Shown one piece after another: positions 60,170-64,000 of a stretch of 64,000 nt of DNA. Under the pieces are notes generated by a model. It did no database searches and was not told where the DNA came from. It saw nothing but the letters and a program-made list of their open reading frames with translations. Source of the stretch: Candidatus Hermodarchaeota archaeon (GTDB taxonomy: Archaea; Asgardarchaeota; Lokiarchaeia; Sigyniarchaeales; SOKP01); contig JBHLLP010000014.1 in the NCBI GenBank assembly GCA_048885525.1, forward strand, positions 17,719 through 81,718, in the 5' to 3' direction. How positions within the stretch are numbered: the first letter of the stretch is position 1; every line of letters begins with the position of its first letter. The position numbers and the translations under genes are program-made.

Positions 60170-61171
60170 TTATTTCACTACTTTAAGCAATAAATTATAT
60201 ATTTCTTGTTTTTCAAATTCATTTATTATTCTTGGATAATTGTAAATAGGACCTGAAGGTTTAGAAGTATAATAAGGGCGATTACATCCGGGACAACCCG
60301 AAGTTAAGAAAGCGTCAGTATCATAGACAATATTTTTTAATTCTATTTTATTTATATTAAAACTTATTATATTTCCTTTTATATTAAAGGTAAAATCTTT
60401 TAATGTTTTATTTTTGTTTACAATCAGATATCTTCCCAATTGTATTTTCCTAAAGCTTAAAAGAGATGGTCGATTTTTATTTTCTAATCTAGTCCCTTTT
60501 ATTGGAGTAAATGCAAAAAGGGATATAAGAATTTTTAGACCGTGTAATTCTTCAATTCGTTCTATTACATCTCTTTCGGTTTCTCCTAATCCAATTATTA
60601 TATGAGTACTTACAAATCCTTCTGAGAATATTTCCAAAGCCTCCTTTAACTTTTTAAGATGCTGATCCCAACTATATGGTCCATTTACTGCACTCCCTTT
60701 AACCATGTTAAAGATTTCGGGAGTAGCTGCATCTAAAGCTATCCCTACTCTTTGGACTCCAATGAGTTTTAATCTTTTTAAGCTTTCTTTCGGCATGGGA
60801 GGAATAGCAACAGATATAGGAATATTTGTATTATTTCTAATTTGAATGATAATTTCTACGAGATCATTAAAATTTTCGTGGTAATTGAGAGTCTGAATAC
60901 ATATTCTTTTAAACTTTTTTGATGATTGTAAATATTTCAATTTTGACAAAAAATTCTTAAATGGATAAACAGGCCAGTTAACTCGTGAGAGCATTTCTTC
61001 TGAACTCTGTGATAAGCGTGCTTGTGGGCAAAAACTACAATTCGCTATACAATGCCCCTCCTTATAAGTCATAATATAACATGTTGTAGGAGGATCTTTA
61101 AACTGAGTAATCCTTCCTAATCCTAAAACAGATGCACTCCCTACAGAAACTCTTACTTTTTCAATATTCAC
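60170..61171 (-). CDS. lipS2: radical SAM lipoyl synthase component LipS2
   Basis: CIANCSFC; LSRVNWP; TSGCPGCNRP motif characteristic of LipS2. Confidence 0.82.
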   Translation of the reverse strand: MNIEKVRVSVGSASVLGLGRITQFKDPPTTCYIMTYKEGHCIANCSFCPQARLSQSSEEMLSRVNWPVYPFKNFLSKLKYLQSSKKFKRICIQTLNYHENFNDLVEIIIQIRNNTNIPISVAIPPMPKESLKRLKLIGVQRVGIALDAATPEIFNMVKGSAVNGPYSWDQHLKKLKEALEIFSEGFVSTHIIIGLGETERDVIERIEELHGLKILISLFAFTPIKGTRLENKNRPSLLSFRKIQLGRYLIVNKNKTLKDFTFNIKGNIISFNINKIELKNIVYDTDAFLTSGCPGCNRPYYTSKPSGPIYNYPRIINEFEKQEIYNLLLKVVK

Positions 61172-61361
61172 AACTTCAATAGTAAAGGCGTAAAATTAAG
61201 TTTTATTCCTTCGATTTATTAATTTTTTTTGTCACTATAATTATTGCTCTTTTAAGAAATATCAGAATGTATTTACCTACATAAAAAATTTATTGAATCA
61301 ATTATTACAATATTAATTATTAAGAGTACCCCCTAATTTTTACAAAAAGTGTTAAAATTTT

Positions 61362-64000
61362 ATGTTTGAATATGATGCAAAAAAAATAGAAAAGAAATGG
61401 CAACATAAATGGGAAAAGGACAAAATTTTTGAAGTTAAAGTGGATCCAAAAAGGAAAAAATATTATGTTTTAGAGATGTATCCATATCCCTCTGGAAAGC
61501 TTCATATGGGACACCTTAGAAATTATACCATAGGTGATTGCTACGCCAGATTTAAAAGAATGAATGGTTTCAATGTTCTTTACCCTATGGGTTATGATTC
61601 ATTCGGAATGCCAGCAGAAAATGCAGCAATTGACCATGGTGTTAATCCAGAAGAATGGACTAATAAAAACATTGAAACTATGAAAAACCAACAAAAAAGG
61701 ATTGGATTATCATATGATTGGACAAGAGAAGTATATAGTCATAATCCAAACTATTATAAATGGGATCAGTGGTTTTTCTTGCAGATGTTAGAAAAGAATT
61801 TGGCATATAGACAGGAAAGTTATGTTAATTGGTGTCCAAAATGTAGTACAGTTTTAGCTAATGAGCAATCTCAAGGAGGAAGATGCTGGAGATGCAATTC
61901 TATCGTTGATCAAAAGTTTTTAACACAATGGTTCCTTAAGATAAGAGATTATGCAGAAGAGTTACTAGATGGATTAAATATCGTTGATTGGCCAGAAAAA
62001 GTAAAAATCATGCAACGAAACTGGATTGGAAAATCTAAAGGCACAATAATTAAATTCCCAATTATTGGAGAAAGTAAAACTATAGATATATTTACAACAA
62101 GACCTGATACACTTTTTGGAGTTACATTTATGGTTTTTGCTCCAGAGCATCCTTGGGTTAGTGAATGGATCAAAGGCACCGAATATGAGGAAGAATACCA
62201 AAAGTTATCTCAAGAAGTAATGCATCAAAATAAGTTTGAAAGAACCGATATAGAAATTGAAAAAAAAGGTCTTTTCATTGGAAAATATGCCAAAAATCCA
62301 ATTAACAATGAAGATGTACCCATATATATCGGTAATTTTGTTATTTATGAATATGGAGCCGGGGCTGTTATGGCAGTACCCGCACACGATCAAAGAGATT
62401 TTGAGTTTGCTAAGAAATATGATATTCCAATAAAGATTGTAATTCAACCATACAGTTACGAATTAAACGATGCTAAAATGAAAAGGGCATATGAAAGCGA
62501 TGGAATTCTTGTAAACTCTGAAGAATTCAATGGTATGGAAAATCGATCAGCAATCAATGCGATAACTGAAAAATTATTTGAAATCAATATGGGATATGCA
62601 ACTACAAATTATAAATTGAGAGATTGGGGAATTTCACGTCAGCGTTATTGGGGATGCCCAATTCCTATTATATATTGTGAGGAATGTGGAATGGTTCCAG
62701 TTCCATATAAAGACTTGCCTGTTTATTTACCAAAAGATGTTTCTTTTACTGGAACTGGCAATCCATTAAAAACAAGTAAGAATTTTATTAATACCAAGTG
62801 TCCTAAATGTTGTAAGAAAGCAAAACGCGAAACTGACACTATGGATACTTTTCTTGATAGTTCTTGGTATTTCTTCGCTTTTTGTGATCCTCCTTCTCTT
62901 GAGGCAAATATTCCCTACGATTATAATATAGTAAATTATTGGGGCAATATAGATCAATATATAGGAGGTATAGAGCATGCTGTTATGCACTTAATATATG
63001 CAAGATTTTTTACAAAAGTTGCTAGAGATCTAGGCCTTCATAAATTTGATGAGCCTTTTCAATCGTTACTTACACAAGGAATGATTAATAAGGCTCATCC
63101 ATACTGTCCTATCTGTAATATATTTCTTATGAAGGCAGATCTTAAATATATGAAATGTAAAAAGTGCGGAAACACAAAACTTATTCAAAAATCTGTTAAG
63201 ATGAGTAAGAGTTATGGAAATACAGTAGATCCGGGGGAAATTATTGAGAAATTTGGAGCAGATGCAGCAAGATTCTTTATATTATTTGGCGCTAGTCCAT
63301 CATCAGGTTTAGAATGGTCTGAAGCAGGTGTTGATTATGCCTCTAGGTTTATAAAAAATACATTTCATGTGTTAACTGAATCATATAAAAATATGCATAA
63401 AACTACTACAATTAGAGATACATTGATTAAATATTATTTAAATAAAACAATCAAAGAATATACTGAAAATATGGAAATATTAGAAATAAGAAATGCAGTT
63501 AATAATATTATCCAATTTACATCCGAACTAATTAAGTATAAACTGGAAGGTATTAACATTAAAGTTTTCGAAGAGTGTAAGGAAAAATTAATCTTATTAT
63601 TTCATCCTATAGCACCTCACTTGACAGAGGAAATTTGGGAAATTAGTGGCAGAAAAGAATATGTGAGTTTAGCACCTTGGCCTTCATACGATGAAGAACT
63701 CATTACGCAAGAATCTGATCATAAATGGAAATTAATGAAAAATATCTTAATTGACATTAATAATATAAAAATAGCGATGAAAAAAGATTCATTAGAAAAA
63801 ATCTTAATAATAATTGCCGACCAGTGGAAACTAAAGTTTTACAATAAACTAATGTTGCTAATAGAACATAACAAGAACCAAGGAGAAATTATGAAAATAT
63901 TAATGCAAGATAATAAATTAAAAACACATGGAAAATTTATTAGTCAAACAGTTGGTAGAATATTAAAAAACGTAGGAAAATATCCAAAATTTACAATCAC
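61362..64000 (+). CDS. leuS: leucyl-tRNA synthetase, bacterial-type core with archaeal-type C-terminal domain; runs off the window
   Basis: Not in the ORF track. ATG 61362: MFEYDAKKIEKKWQ..MYPYPSGKLHMGHLRNYTIGD..FTTRPDT..MAVPAHDQRD..ISRQRYWG..GGIEHAVMHL..KMSKS (~63198). Confidence 0.95.
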   Translation, partial: MFEYDAKKIEKKWQHKWEKDKIFEVKVDPKRKKYYVLEMYPYPSGKLHMGHLRNYTIGDCYARFKRMNGFNVLYPMGYDSFGMPAENAAIDHGVNPEEWTNKNIETMKNQQKRIGLSYDWTREVYSHNPNYYKWDQWFFLQMLEKNLAYRQESYVNWCPKCSTVLANEQSQGGRCWRCNSIVDQKFLTQWFLKIRDYAEELLDGLNIVDWPEKVKIMQRNWIGKSKGTIIKFPIIGESKTIDIFTTRPDTLFGVTFMVFAPEHPWVSEWIKGTEYEEEYQKLSQEVMHQNKFERTDIEIEKKGLFIGKYAKNPINNEDVPIYIGNFVIYEYGAGAVMAVPAHDQRDFEFAKKYDIPIKIVIQPYSYELNDAKMKRAYESDGILVNSEEFNGMENRSAINAITEKLFEINMGYATTNYKLRDWGISRQRYWGCPIPIIYCEECGMVPVPYKDLPVYLPKDVSFTGTGNPLKTSKNFINTKCPKCCKKAKRETDTMDTFLDSSWYFFAFCDPPSLEANIPYDYNIVNYWGNIDQYIGGIEHAVMHLIYARFFTKVARDLGLHKFDEPFQSLLTQGMINKAHPYCPICNIFLMKADLKYMKCKKCGNTKLIQKSVKMSKSYGNTVDPGEIIEKFGADAARFFILFGASPSSGLEWSEAGVDYASRFIKNTFHVLTESYKNMHKTTTIRDTLIKYYLNKTIKEYTENMEILEIRNAVNNIIQFTSELIKYKLEGINIKVFEECKEKLILLFHPIAPHLTEEIWEISGRKEYVSLAPWPSYDEELITQESDHKWKLMKNILIDINNIKIAMKKDSLEKILIIIADQWKLKFYNKLMLLIEHNKNQGEIMKILMQDNKLKTHGKFISQTVGRILKNVGKYPKFTI

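Noticed and set aside
58325-61171. Radical SAM genes as biotin synthase, CofG/CofH or GRE activase
   Set aside because: GCMR/CC and TxGCPxCNRP motifs plus the intervening ligase indicate LipS1/LipS2.
1-64000. CRISPR arrays, rRNA genes, IS elements, inteins
   Set aside because: No spaced direct repeats, GC-rich rRNA-like tracts, transposase ORFs or intein motifs were seen by eye.

Overview
A very AT-rich archaeal chromosomal segment, most consistent with an Asgard archaeon (Lokiarchaeia-like). This rests on archaeal MCM/GINS23/TopoVI/ValRS together with eukaryotic-signature proteins (Rag-like and Rab-like GTPases, a uDENN/longin protein). Content: chromosome biology genes (degenerate cdc6-like, smc-scpA-scpB, top6B/A, gins23, mcm, endoQ), two MoxR AAA operons, a glycyl radical enzyme, an orphan DNA MTase, coaBC, pyrE, an HDAC, a lipS2-lplA-lipS1-cofE/nitroreductase-cofD operon, valS, a 3'-truncated leuS, an intron-containing tRNA-Ala(CGC) and a candidate box C/D sRNA. 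Highlights: (1) a 1483-aa SMC with canonical heads but no recognisable hinge or zinc hook. It has instead a duplicated ~71-aa helical apex and arms built from ~90/97-aa repeats. (2) A FLCN/NPRL2-like uDENN protein retaining the 'ARG' arginine-finger motif, close to a Rag-like GTPase. (3) A C/D guide whose D+5 position falls on the 23S P-loop G2251 equivalent. (4) The same HEH/SAP-like module on ScpA and Top6B. (5) A bacterial-core, archaeal-tail chimeric LeuRS. All family calls come from motif recognition by eye; no searches were run.
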